Origin: an uncultured Opitutales bacterium
GTDB lineage: Bacteria > Verrucomicrobiota > Verrucomicrobiia > Opitutales > Intestinicryptomonadaceae
Length of the DNA stretch: 32,000 nucleotides
Direction: 5' to 3'
NCBI GenBank assembly: GCA_934660865.1
Contig: CAKUIA010000001.1
Location: 173,226 to 205,225 of the forward strand
A program made the position numbers and the translations under genes. Shown piece by piece: positions 17,400-26,100 of this stretch. Numbering within the stretch: the stretch's first letter is position 1; the number at the start of each line of letters is the position of its first letter. The notes below the pieces were generated by a model. That model had not been told where the DNA came from. It searched no databases and saw nothing but the letters and a program-made list of their open reading frames with translations.

Positions 17400-18731
17400 C
17401 TATTCGTTCGAGAAGATTTGGAATCCGTTGTAGGCCTCCATTGCGTGTTCGGAAATATCCAAGCCCTTCAATTCGTCGCTCTTGCTTACCCTTATACCCA
17501 TTGTCTTTTTCATTGTGTAGAAGATTGCAAAGCTTATCGAAACGCTTGCCGCAGCCACTGCAACTATGCCTATTATTTGCGGTAAAAGCTCGTGGTCGGG
17601 CGAGAACAGGCCAACGGCCAAAGTTCCCCAAACACCGCATACCAAGTGTACCGAAAGCGCGCCAACGGGGTCGTCGATTTGCAGCTTGTCGAAAGCGTAT
17701 ACCGCAATTACAACTATCACACCCGAGATTGCGCCGATTAGGCACGAAGCTTGAATCGATACGCAGTCGGCAGAAGCCGTAATACCTACCAGGCCAGCCA
17801 AGCAGCCGTTAAGAACCATCGACAAGTCGGGCTTGCCTTGCGCTATCCACGAAGTGAACATTGCAGCCATTAAGCCCGCCGCGGCCGACAAAGCCGTTGT
17901 TGTAAATACGTAGGCCACCATTACGGGATCGGCGCTAAATACCGAAGCTCCGTTAAAGCCGAACCAACCGAACCACAGCAAAAATACGCCCAATGTTGCA
18001 AAGCCCAAGTTGCTGCCGGGAATTGCGTGAGCGGTCTTGCCCACATACTTGCCGATTCTCGGCCCTACCAAAATTGCGCCTACTAAGGCCGCCCAACCGC
18101 CTACGCTGTGCACGAATGTAGAACCCGCCAAGTCGTAGAAGCCGAGCTTTGCCAGCCAGCCGCCGCCCCAGCCCCACGAGCCAATAAGCGTGTAGCCGAA
18201 CGCCGCATAGATTATTGCAAAGATTATGTATGCGCTAAACTTTATCCTTTCGGCAACCGCACCCGAAACAATGGTTACGGAAGTTGCGGCAAACATGCCT
18301 TGAAAAATAAAGTCCGTCCAATAGCCGTAGTTGCCGCCGTTATAGGCAATGGCTCCCAACGCGCCCTCGGGCGAGGAAACGCCCAAGCCGATAAAGCCCA
18401 GCACGCCGTTTATAAGCCAGGAATCTTTCGGATACATAATGCTAAAACCGATTACCACATAGGTAAGCAAACCTATTGCCACCGTGATAACGTTTTTAGA
18501 CAGAATGTTTACGCTGTTCTTTGCGCGGCATAAACCCGTTTCTACCAGTGCAAACCCGGGGTGCATTGCAAAAACCAAAATTGCGCCCAAAAGTATCCAC
18601 AAGTTGTTAATTGTAAACATTTCGTTCGACACAGCGGGCGCTGCAGCCTCGGCGTTTGCCGCCACCTCTTGCCCGAATGCGGAACACGCACCCATCAGTG
18701 CGCCTATATATAACAATGTCTTTAGTCTCAT
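17400..18731 (-). CDS. amt: Ammonium transporter (Amt family)
   Basis: 443 aa with a signal peptide and 11 TM helices. Conserved motifs include FVHSVGGWAALVGA and the second pore His in SVHLVCGVWGTL. Confidence 0.95.
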   Translation of the reverse strand: MRLKTLLYIGALMGACSAFGQEVAANAEAAAPAVSNEMFTINNLWILLGAILVFAMHPGFALVETGLCRAKNSVNILSKNVITVAIGLLTYVVIGFSIMYPKDSWLINGVLGFIGLGVSSPEGALGAIAYNGGNYGYWTDFIFQGMFAATSVTIVSGAVAERIKFSAYIIFAIIYAAFGYTLIGSWGWGGGWLAKLGFYDLAGSTFVHSVGGWAALVGAILVGPRIGKYVGKTAHAIPGSNLGFATLGVFLLWFGWFGFNGASVFSADPVMVAYVFTTTALSAAAGLMAAMFTSWIAQGKPDLSMVLNGCLAGLVGITASADCVSIQASCLIGAISGVIVVIAVYAFDKLQIDDPVGALSVHLVCGVWGTLAVGLFSPDHELLPQIIGIVAVAAASVSISFAIFYTMKKTMGIRVSKSDELKGLDISEHAMEAYNGFQIFSNE

Positions 18732-18752
18732 AACCGTAAATTGTTTGAATTT

Positions 18753-19094
18753 TTAACCTATTGCCTCGCGCCCCGTTTCGCGCGTTCTTACGCGAATACA
18801 CTCCTCGACGTTCAATACAAAAATTTTGCCGTCGCCGATATGGTCGGTTTGGGCGCCTTTTATAATAGACTCTATGGTCTGGTCGAGATACTCGTCGTTA
18901 ACGGCGATTTCCAAGCGTACTTTTTTAAGGAGGTTTACCTCTCTAACATTTCCGCGATAGTTTTCGCTATAACCCTTCTGCCTTCCGCAGCCGAGTGCGT
19001 TGGTAACCGATAGCCTGTATATTTCGTTCTTGAAGAGTTCCTTTTTTACCTCTCCAAGTTGTTCGGGCTTAATGTATGCTATTATTAGTTTCAT
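18753..19094 (-). CDS. glnK: P-II nitrogen regulatory protein (GlnK-type, linked to amt)
   Basis: 113 aa from the internal ATG at 19094 (MKLIIAYIKPEQL...GCGRQKG...IGDGKIFV...RVRT). The 49-codon upstream extension of the tracked ORF would run through the sigma-54 promoter. Confidence 0.9.
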   Translation of the reverse strand: MKLIIAYIKPEQLGEVKKELFKNEIYRLSVTNALGCGRQKGYSENYRGNVREVNLLKKVRLEIAVNDEYLDQTIESIIKGAQTDHIGDGKIFVLNVEECIRVRTRETGREAIG

Positions 19095-19125
19095 TTTTTT
19101 GGAATGATGAGATACTTTCTTGATA

Positions 19126-19141
19126 AGCATAAAGCGTGCCA
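19126..19141 (-). promoter_or_regulatory. Sigma-54 (-24/-12) promoter of glnK-amt-GSIII
   Basis: The minus strand reads TGGCAC-GCTTT-ATGCT. The GG/GC spacing is exactly that of the TGGCAC-N5-TTGC consensus, and it lies 32-47 nt upstream of the glnK ATG. Confidence 0.8.
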
Positions 19142-19275
19142 GTTTTTTTGCGCATTTTTGCAAAAAGACGGCAAAACCCGAAAACCCCGCATAAATACTA
19201 AGACCTACAAGAATGTATGCACCTGCAAAATTGGCGCGCACAAAAAAGTAGTCGGCATAAGGCCTATTTTTGGCC

Positions 19276-19331
19276 TTTGTATGCTACAAATTTGTTGCAA
19301 CTACATTTTTGTGCTACTACAAATTTGTAGT
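19276..19331. promoter_or_regulatory. Upstream activator sequence: three tandem 16-bp palindromic sites
   Basis: GCTACAAATTTGTTGC (19283-19298), ACTACATTTTTGTGCT (19300-19315) and ACTACAAATTTGTAGT (19316-19331, a perfect palindrome), preceded by a TTTGTA half-site at 19276. The site centres lie 150-183 bp upstream of the -24 element. Confidence 0.7.
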
Positions 19332-19348
19332 TCGGTAAAATATACAAC

Positions 19349-19377
19349 AAAAAAGGCGGTGCATTTAAGCACCGCCC
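19349..19377 (-). terminator. Rho-independent terminator after the dapF-like gene
   Basis: The minus strand reads GGCGGTGC-TTAAAT-GCACCGCC followed by TTTTTTG, 25 nt after the stop at 19401. Confidence 0.85.
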
Positions 19378-19400
19378 GACAACAATCCAATTTACACAAA

Positions 19401-20261
19401 TTACATATTGGGAATGTCTTGCGTTAAAACGCTATCGAACATTTCGTATACCCCCACTTTTGTAGCGGGCCCGCTCATTGTTATAGAATAGTCGGGTTTT
19501 ATAGAAATTTTCAAAATTCCCCCCGGCATATGGACAGTTATGTCGCCCTCGCATAAGCCAAGTTTGTAGGCAACGCTTGCCGCCGCGCTAGAGCTTGAAC
19601 CCGAAGCCAAGGTATAGCCTGCGCCCCTCTCCCAAATTTGTATGTTAATGTTGTTTTTGTCTACAACCTCCAAAAACTGCACATTTGTTCTGTTGGGGAA
19701 TTTTTTCGTCATATTCTCCAAAACGGGGCCAATTTTGTGCGCAATTTCCGACGAAACCTTTTTCATGGGCACAACGCAATGCGGGTTGCCCACCGTTGCA
19801 CAGCAGTATTTATAGGCAACGCCGTCTATTACAACCTCCTGGTTTATAACTTCACCCTTTACTCCGTTTACGGGAATCTTGTCGGCGTCGAAGCTTACGC
19901 GCCCCATTTCAACGGTAATGTAGTCGCCGTTTTGCGAAACCGTGCACGAAACTACGCCGCCTAAGGTGTCTACCGTAAAGGGTTTGTTTTCCTCTACGCG
20001 CCCCGTGTCGAACAAATAGCGCGAAAATATCCTAAGGCCGTTGCCGCTTTTTTCGGCCTCGCTGGCGTCGGGGTTTAAAATGCGCAATTTAAAGTCGGCC
20101 TTGTCGCTCTTTTCGGGGCCGAACAAAATTCCGTCGCTTCCCAAGCCGAAATTTCTGTGGCAGATTTTAACAACGTCCAAGCCCTGCGGGCAAACGGGGC
20201 AGTCTTTGGGGTCTAAAACCAGATAGTCGTTGCCCAATGCGTGGTATTTATAAAACTTCAT
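19401..20261 (-). CDS. dapF: Diaminopimelate-epimerase-family protein (DapF fold) with both catalytic Cys positions occupied by Ser
   Basis: 286 aa from the ATG at 20261 (MKFYKYHALGNDYLVLD), 13 nt after the dapL stop. DapF motifs GNDY, GSDG, NPDASEAEKSGNG, GNPH and ERGAGYTLASGSS are present. The two active-site Cys of canonical DapF (..CGNG.., ..ACG[ST]G..) are Ser here. Confidence 0.8.
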   Translation of the reverse strand: MKFYKYHALGNDYLVLDPKDCPVCPQGLDVVKICHRNFGLGSDGILFGPEKSDKADFKLRILNPDASEAEKSGNGLRIFSRYLFDTGRVEENKPFTVDTLGGVVSCTVSQNGDYITVEMGRVSFDADKIPVNGVKGEVINQEVVIDGVAYKYCCATVGNPHCVVPMKKVSSEIAHKIGPVLENMTKKFPNRTNVQFLEVVDKNNINIQIWERGAGYTLASGSSSSAAASVAYKLGLCEGDITVHMPGGILKISIKPDYSITMSGPATKVGVYEMFDSVLTQDIPNM

Positions 20262-20274
20262 TTTTGTATCCTTG

Positions 20275-21513
20275 TTAAAATTCGAATTTCGACTGCGACA
20301 TTCTCTTTTTGATTTCGGCAACAACGGCCTTTTCGGCCTCTGCGCCGTGCGCTTCGAAGGTTACCGAAAACCTTACATACGGGCCTTCGTCGTCCCACGG
20401 GACAGTGCTTATAAGGTGCTGCGAAATCATCCACTGCGAAAAATCCTCGCCCGATTTAAACTTTGTTTTGCTCCCGTCTTTGTCTACCGCGGCTTTTGGG
20501 GCTTTCATATAAAGGAAAAATCCCGCCTTGGGCTTTTTGGGGCAAAAGCCCAAATCTTTTAGCACGCCCACAAGCAAATCCATACGCCTTGAATATTTGG
20601 CGGCAATTTGCCTTGTAATAAGCGGGTTTTCAAGCCCCTTGGCTCCCGCAAGCTGTATGCCCAAAAACTGCCCTGAATCGCAGTTGTCCTTAACGTCGCC
20701 GTAGGCTTTTACAAGCAGGGGGTTGCCGCAAACCCAGCCTATTCTCCAGCCCGTCATATTGTGGCTTTTCGACATCGAATGCAGCTCAAGAGCCACGTCT
20801 TTGGCGCCTTGAACCTGAAATATCGAAAGCGAAGGCCCTTCGAACGTTAAAGACGCGTACGCGGCGTCGGAAATTATTATTATGGAATTTTCCTTTGCAA
20901 ACTTTACAAGCTTTTCGAAAAATTCAAGAGTTGCGCTTGCGCCCGTGGGGTTGTTCGGATAGTTTACAACCATAACCTTTGCCCTTTTCCTTATGTCTTG
21001 GGGAATGGAATCCAAGTCGGGCAAAAAGTTGTTTTCTTCGGAAAGCTTTACGTTGTATACTTCGCCGCCCAGATATTTTGCGTGCGTGCCGAAAACGGGG
21101 TAGCCGGGAATTGTCATTATAACAACGTCTTTTGGGTTTATAAAGCAATAGGGCAAAATGCTCAGGGCCGCCTTGGAACCTATCGAGTGTATGATTTCGG
21201 TGTCGGGATCTAGCTGTACGCCGAAAACCGCCTTCATATAGGAAGCGGCTGCAACCTTAAAATCCCTGCCGCCGTTGTCGGCATAGCCGCGGTTTGCGGG
21301 GTTTTTCGCCGCCGCATACAAAGCCTCTACAACTTCGGGGAAAGCCATTTCGTCGGGCTCGCCTACGCCCATGTCTATAAGTTCAACATCGGGCTTGGCG
21401 GCTTTGGCCGCGCGCTTTGCCCTCTTGATTTTTTCGAACTTGTAAATTTCGTTCGTTTTGCCGTAGTTTACTCCGCCTATTCTTTCGGCGAACATATTTT
21501 GAAGGAATGTCAT
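20275..21513 (-). CDS. dapL: Class I/II PLP aminotransferase, probable LL-diaminopimelate aminotransferase
   Basis: 412 aa with IDMGVGEPD, NYPNNPTG and the PLP-lysine motif SMSKSHNMTGWRIGW. The function is inferred from family resemblance and adjacency to the DapF-family gene. Confidence 0.65.
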   Translation of the reverse strand: MTFLQNMFAERIGGVNYGKTNEIYKFEKIKRAKRAAKAAKPDVELIDMGVGEPDEMAFPEVVEALYAAAKNPANRGYADNGGRDFKVAAASYMKAVFGVQLDPDTEIIHSIGSKAALSILPYCFINPKDVVIMTIPGYPVFGTHAKYLGGEVYNVKLSEENNFLPDLDSIPQDIRKRAKVMVVNYPNNPTGASATLEFFEKLVKFAKENSIIIISDAAYASLTFEGPSLSIFQVQGAKDVALELHSMSKSHNMTGWRIGWVCGNPLLVKAYGDVKDNCDSGQFLGIQLAGAKGLENPLITRQIAAKYSRRMDLLVGVLKDLGFCPKKPKAGFFLYMKAPKAAVDKDGSKTKFKSGEDFSQWMISQHLISTVPWDDEGPYVRFSVTFEAHGAEAEKAVVAEIKKRMSQSKFEF

Positions 21514-21539
21514 TTTTGTACGAGTGTTTTGATTGTTTG

Positions 21540-23111
21540 TTATTTATATAAAAGCGGGTCTATATTCAGTTTTTTTATTTTATAGAGTATAATGCGCGGC
21601 GTGGTCTTTAAATATTTTGCGGCCGCGCTTGCGTTGCCGTTGTTTTTCTTTAGCGCGTTTATTATTATTTCGCGCTCGAAGTTGCCGACAAGCGTTTCGT
21701 AGTCGGTATTTTCGGGCTCTGCGCCGTCGCCCGCAAAGGCGGGGGCCGACGCCGTCGACAAATCGGTCTGCAAAGTCGGCGGCAAATTGTAGCCGCTAAT
21801 TACGTTGTCGGAAGTGTTTAAAACCGCATATTCCATGCAGTTTTCAAGCTCCCTTACGTTGCCCGGCCAATAGTATGAAGTCAGCATATTTATGGCCGTT
21901 GTGGAAATTCTCGAAACGCTTTTGTTGTGTATTAAATTGTATTTTTCCAAAAAGTGCTCGGCTAAAGACGTAATGTCGCACTTGCGGTTTCGCAGTGCGG
22001 GCAGATATATCGGGAATACGTTTAGGCGGTAGTACAAGTCTTCCCTAAAAGTTCCCTCCTTAATCATTTCCTCCAAATTGCGGCTTGTTGCGGCCAATAT
22101 GCGCACGTCTACCCTGCGCTCCTGGCTCGAGCCTACCCTAAAAAATGTGTGCTCTTGAATGAAGCGCAAAAGTTTTAACTGCATAAACAAGGTTAAGTCG
22201 CCGACTTCGTCCAAAAACAAAGTTCCCGTGTCTGCAACTTCAACCAAGCCCGCCTTGCGGTTTACAGCCCCCGTAAACGAGCCCTTTTCGTGGCCGAACA
22301 ATTCGCTTTCTATAAGGCCTTCGGGCAATGCCGCGCAGTTTATGGAAACAAACGGTTTGTCTTTTCTAAGCGAATTTTTCTGGATTGCGCGCGCAACAAG
22401 CTCTTTGCCCGTGCCCGATTCGCCCCTTATTAAAACCGTAGCGTTCGAAGAGGCCACTTTGAAAATCATCGAATACACCTTTTTCATATTCGCGCAATTC
22501 CCCACAATTTCGGTGGGGCGCAGCTTGTTTTCAAGCTCAAGGTGCAAACGCTTGTTTTCGCTTATCAGCTTTTCTCGCTCTTCAACTTCGGCGTAGGCTG
22601 CGTAAACGGCGTCGGCCATAATGTTGGCTATAATTTCAAGCAGGCGCAAATCGGCGTCTAAATCGGTGTTTTCGTCGGTTTTGCGGTCTATGCTTATGGT
22701 GCCAATTACGTCGTCCATATATATAATGGGAACGCAAATAAAGGCCACGTTTGTTTCGCCCGAGCGCGCGCCCGTGCGGTTTAAAAAGCCTTTTTCCTTC
22801 GAAACATCGGCAATTACGCGCGGCTTGCCCTCTAGCGCAACCATGCCCGTAATGCCCTCGCCTATGCGGTAGGTGCCGCGCTCGGCCTCGCGCTTGCTAA
22901 GCCCCTGCGAGGCCTCTATTACAAGCATATCGCCCTCGCGCAGAGCCACAGTGCCCCTAAGCAGACCCATTTCGGTATGCAATGTATCCAGAATCTGCGA
23001 AATCATCTCCTGCACCGACGATCTCTTTGCCACAAGGTGGCTTATTTTCTTTAATACTTCAATGCTAACGTGTAGGTGGTTGTCCATAAGCTGGTGTTTG
23101 TTTTGCGGCAC
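21540..23111 (-). CDS. Sigma-54-dependent transcriptional activator, GAF - AAA+ - Fis-type HTH (NifA-like architecture)
   Basis: N-terminal GAF-like domain (no receiver domain). AAA+ core with Walker A GESGTGKE, the sigma-54 contact loop ESELFGHEKGSFTGA, Walker B LFLDEVG, and WPGNVRELEN. C-terminal HTH NASAAAKYLKTTPRIILYKIKKLNI. The tracked start is GTG at 23111; an alternative ATG is at 23087. Confidence 0.92.
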   Translation of the reverse strand: MPQNKHQLMDNHLHVSIEVLKKISHLVAKRSSVQEMISQILDTLHTEMGLLRGTVALREGDMLVIEASQGLSKREAERGTYRIGEGITGMVALEGKPRVIADVSKEKGFLNRTGARSGETNVAFICVPIIYMDDVIGTISIDRKTDENTDLDADLRLLEIIANIMADAVYAAYAEVEEREKLISENKRLHLELENKLRPTEIVGNCANMKKVYSMIFKVASSNATVLIRGESGTGKELVARAIQKNSLRKDKPFVSINCAALPEGLIESELFGHEKGSFTGAVNRKAGLVEVADTGTLFLDEVGDLTLFMQLKLLRFIQEHTFFRVGSSQERRVDVRILAATSRNLEEMIKEGTFREDLYYRLNVFPIYLPALRNRKCDITSLAEHFLEKYNLIHNKSVSRISTTAINMLTSYYWPGNVRELENCMEYAVLNTSDNVISGYNLPPTLQTDLSTASAPAFAGDGAEPENTDYETLVGNFEREIIINALKKNNGNASAAAKYLKTTPRIILYKIKKLNIDPLLYK

Positions 23112-23170
23112 AATGCAGGCCGAAGGCGAAAACTTTGTTATATGTTTTTTAGCTCCTTTTGCATTGTGCC
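23107..23170. repeat. 11-bp perfect inverted repeat bracketing the gltB-activator intergenic region
   Basis: GGCACAATGCA (23107-23117) and TGCATTGTGCC (23160-23170) with a 42-nt spacer. The promoter-distal arm contains the GTG start codon (23109-23111) of the activator. Confidence 0.7.
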
Positions 23171-23186
23171 CGTTTAATTTTCCGGT

Positions 23187-26100
23187 TTAAGAATTTGCGC
23201 GCTTTGCCAAGGCAGCCCTGTAGTCGATTGGGAACACTTTTACAAACTTCGGCAAAAATTCGCTCCAGTTGTTTAAAATGTTTTCGGCAACATAGCTGTT
23301 TGTTGCGTTGTAATAGTCTTGAATAATGCCCCTTAGTTCGGCGTCCGACTCGGAATTTTCGGCAATGCTTTCCAAGTCTACGCTTTCAAGGTTGCACCTT
23401 CTGTCGAACTGACCGTCGGCGTCGAGCACATAGGCAAAGCCGCCCGTCATGCCGGCCGCAAAGTTAAAGCCTGTCGGGCCCAAAACTACAACGCGCCCGC
23501 CCGTCATATATTCGCAGCAGTGGTCGCCCGCGCCCTCGGTTACAATAACGGCCCCGCTGTTTCTGATTGCAAGCCTTTCGCCCGCAAGGCCGTTTATGTA
23601 AATCTTGCCGTTCGTAGCGCCGTAGCCGATTACGTTGCCGGCAATAACGTTCTTCGAGGCGTTTTCCCTTTCGGCGTCGTACGCCTTTATGAAGATATTG
23701 CCGCCCGAAAGGCTCTTGCCTATATAGTCGTTGGCTTCGCCGGTAAGGGTAAAGTTTATGCCGTGGCACAGGAACGCGCCAAAGCTTTGCCCGGCGCAGC
23801 CCGTAAAGTTTGCGTTTACGGCGTTTTCGGGCAAATTGCCGTCGCCCCACTTTTTGGCCGCTACGCCCGCAAGCATTGCGCCAACGCTTCTGTCGAAGTT
23901 GTGTATTTCAAAGCTTTCGGTGTGCGAAGAGCCGTTTTCCAAACTTTCGGCAAAGGCCCCAAGCAGTTTTTTGTCGTAGGCGTCCTTCAATTCCCTTTCG
24001 GCAAGGCCGGCCGACTTTCTCGGAGAGTTTTCGTCGGCAATTTGCGCAAACATCTTCGAAAAGTCCAAATTCTTCGACTTCCAAAAATCCAGCGCGCCGT
24101 CTTTGTCGAGCAAGTCGCTGCGGCCTACGGCCTCGTCTATGGACCTTAGCCCCAACGACGCCAAAATTTCCCTGGTTTCTTCGGCTACAAAGCGCAGGTA
24201 GTTTTCGATATGTTCGGGCTTGCCCGCAAACTTTTTGCGCAACTGCTCGTCTTGCGTTGCAACGCCGACGGGGCAGCAGTTCTTGTGGCATACGCGCCTC
24301 ATTACGCAGCCTATTGCAACCAAAATGGAGGTTGCAAAACCGAATTCCTCGGCGCCAAGCAACGCGCCTATTACAACGTCGCGGCCCGTCTTTATCTGGC
24401 CGTCTACCTGAACGCGAATCTTGTCGCGCAGGCCGTTTAGGCGCAGCGTTTGCTGGGTTTCGGCCAAACCTATTTCCCAGGGAGCACCCGCATATTTAAT
24501 GCTGGTTAAAGGAGACGCCCCCGTGCCGCCGTCGTGGCCGCTAATAAGAACCATGTCGGCCTTGGCCTTTGCAACGCCCGCCGCAACCGTGCCTACGCCG
24601 GCTTCGGAAACAAGCTTTACGGAAACCCTTGCGCTTTCGTTTGAATTGCGCAGGTCGTATATAAGCTGGGCAAGGTCTTCTATTGAATAAATGTCGTGGT
24701 GCGGCGGCGGCGATATCAAAGTTACCCCCGGAATGGAGTGCCTGATTTTTGCTATTATCGAGTTTACCTTGTAGCCGGGCAGCTGGCCACCCTCGCCGGG
24801 CTTTGCGCCCTGGGCAACCTTTATCTGCAGTTCCTTTGCGTTTGCCAAATAGGCGGCCGTTACGCCGAATCTGCCGCTTGCAATCTGCTTTATTGCGCTG
24901 GAGCTTTCGGTGTTAAAGCGGCTTTCGTCTTCGCCGCCCTCGCCGCAGTTGCTCATTGCGCCAAGCCTGTTCATTGCAACGGCTATGGTTTGGTGCGCCT
25001 CGGGCGAAAGCGCGCCGAAACTCATTGCGCCGCTTACAAAGCGCTTTACAATGCTTTCGGTGCTTTCAACTTCGCTTAAAGGCAATGGGGTTGCCGCCGT
25101 CTTAAACTTGAACAAGCCCCTTAAAGTGCAAAGCCTGCGCGCCTGGTTGTTTACAAAATCGGCATACTGGCGGTAAAGCTTTTCGTCGTTATTCCTTACC
25201 GACCTTTGCAAAAGCGATATGCTTGCGGGAGTCCACAAATGGTTTTCGCCGTCTTTTGCATACTTGTATTTGCCCGCGTTTTCCAAAACGTTTTCCTCGC
25301 CGAACTTCGGGTAGTGCGTGTTGCGGTACCTTTCCAAAATTTCGGTTGCAACCTCGTTTATGCCTATGCCGCCTATTCTGGACGACGTGCCCGAAAAATA
25401 GGTGTCTACAAATTCCTGCGAAAGGCCTATTGCCTCGAAAATCTGCGCCTGGCGGTAGCTTCGCAAAGTGGAAATGCCCATTTTCGACATTATCTTTAAA
25501 AGCCCCTTCTTTATGGCGGTTATGTAGTTTTCGGCGGCTCTTGCGGCGTCGATATTGTCTATCTGGCCGTCCTTTACCATTTCGGCAACGGTTTCTATAG
25601 CCAAATAGGGGTTTATTGCCGTAGCTCCATACCCAAGCAAAAGCGCAAAGTGCATAATTTCGCGCGATTCGCCCGTTTCGGCCACAATGCCCGCGGCATA
25701 GCGCAAGCTGCACTTTACAAGCCTTGTGTTTACGGCGGCCACAGCCAAAAGCATCGGTATAGGCGCATAGCCGTAGTCAAGGTTCTTGTCGCTTAAAATT
25801 ATAACCGTTTTAGAATCCCTTACCGCGTTTTCGGCGTCGTCGCAAATTTTTTCCATTGCGCGCTTTAGGGCTTCTACGCCGCCTTCGGCCGAAAACTGCG
25901 CCTTAATTGTTACCGACTGGAACGTAGGCAACTTGGAAGAGCGCATGCAGGAAATGTCGTGGTTGGTTAAAATCGGGCACGGCAGCTTTAGCAGGTGCGC
26001 CAACGAAGGCGACTCTACAAGCGAGTTTCCGCAGTTGCCTATGTAGGTTGTCAAGCTCATTACAAGCGACTCCCTTATCGGGTCTATCGGCGGGTTTGTT

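Noticed and set aside
15768-17782. ORFs of 201, 209 and 238 aa antisense to, or overlapping, the GS-III and amt genes.
   Set aside because: They have no recognisable motifs and are wholly contained in strongly supported genes on the other strand. The 238-aa ORF spans the GS-III/amt junction and so cannot coexist with either gene.
18753-19241. N-terminally extended versions of tracked ORFs: glnK to 19241, activase to 5252, dapF-like to 20324, glycosyltransferase to 31061.
   Set aside because: The extensions run through a sigma-54 promoter (glnK) or overlap the preceding gene by 50-79 nt (activase, dapF-like). They add non-homologous, Cys/Arg-rich sequence, while internal ATGs give canonical family N-termini.
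23160-23176. GGGCACAATGCAAAAGG on the minus strand, considered as a possible internal sigma-54 promoter for the activator gene.
   Set aside because: The GC of the would-be -12 element is not at the required distance from the GG; AAAA occupies the -12 position. It is better explained as one arm of the 11-bp inverted repeat.
23464-25713. Multiple long ORFs on the opposite strand or in other frames of gltB (209, 229, 174, 128, 127 aa and others).
   Set aside because: They are Arg/Ala/Pro-rich, low-complexity translations typical of antisense frames of a GC-skewed gene. They overlap one another and a 1488-aa ORF with unmistakable GltB homology.
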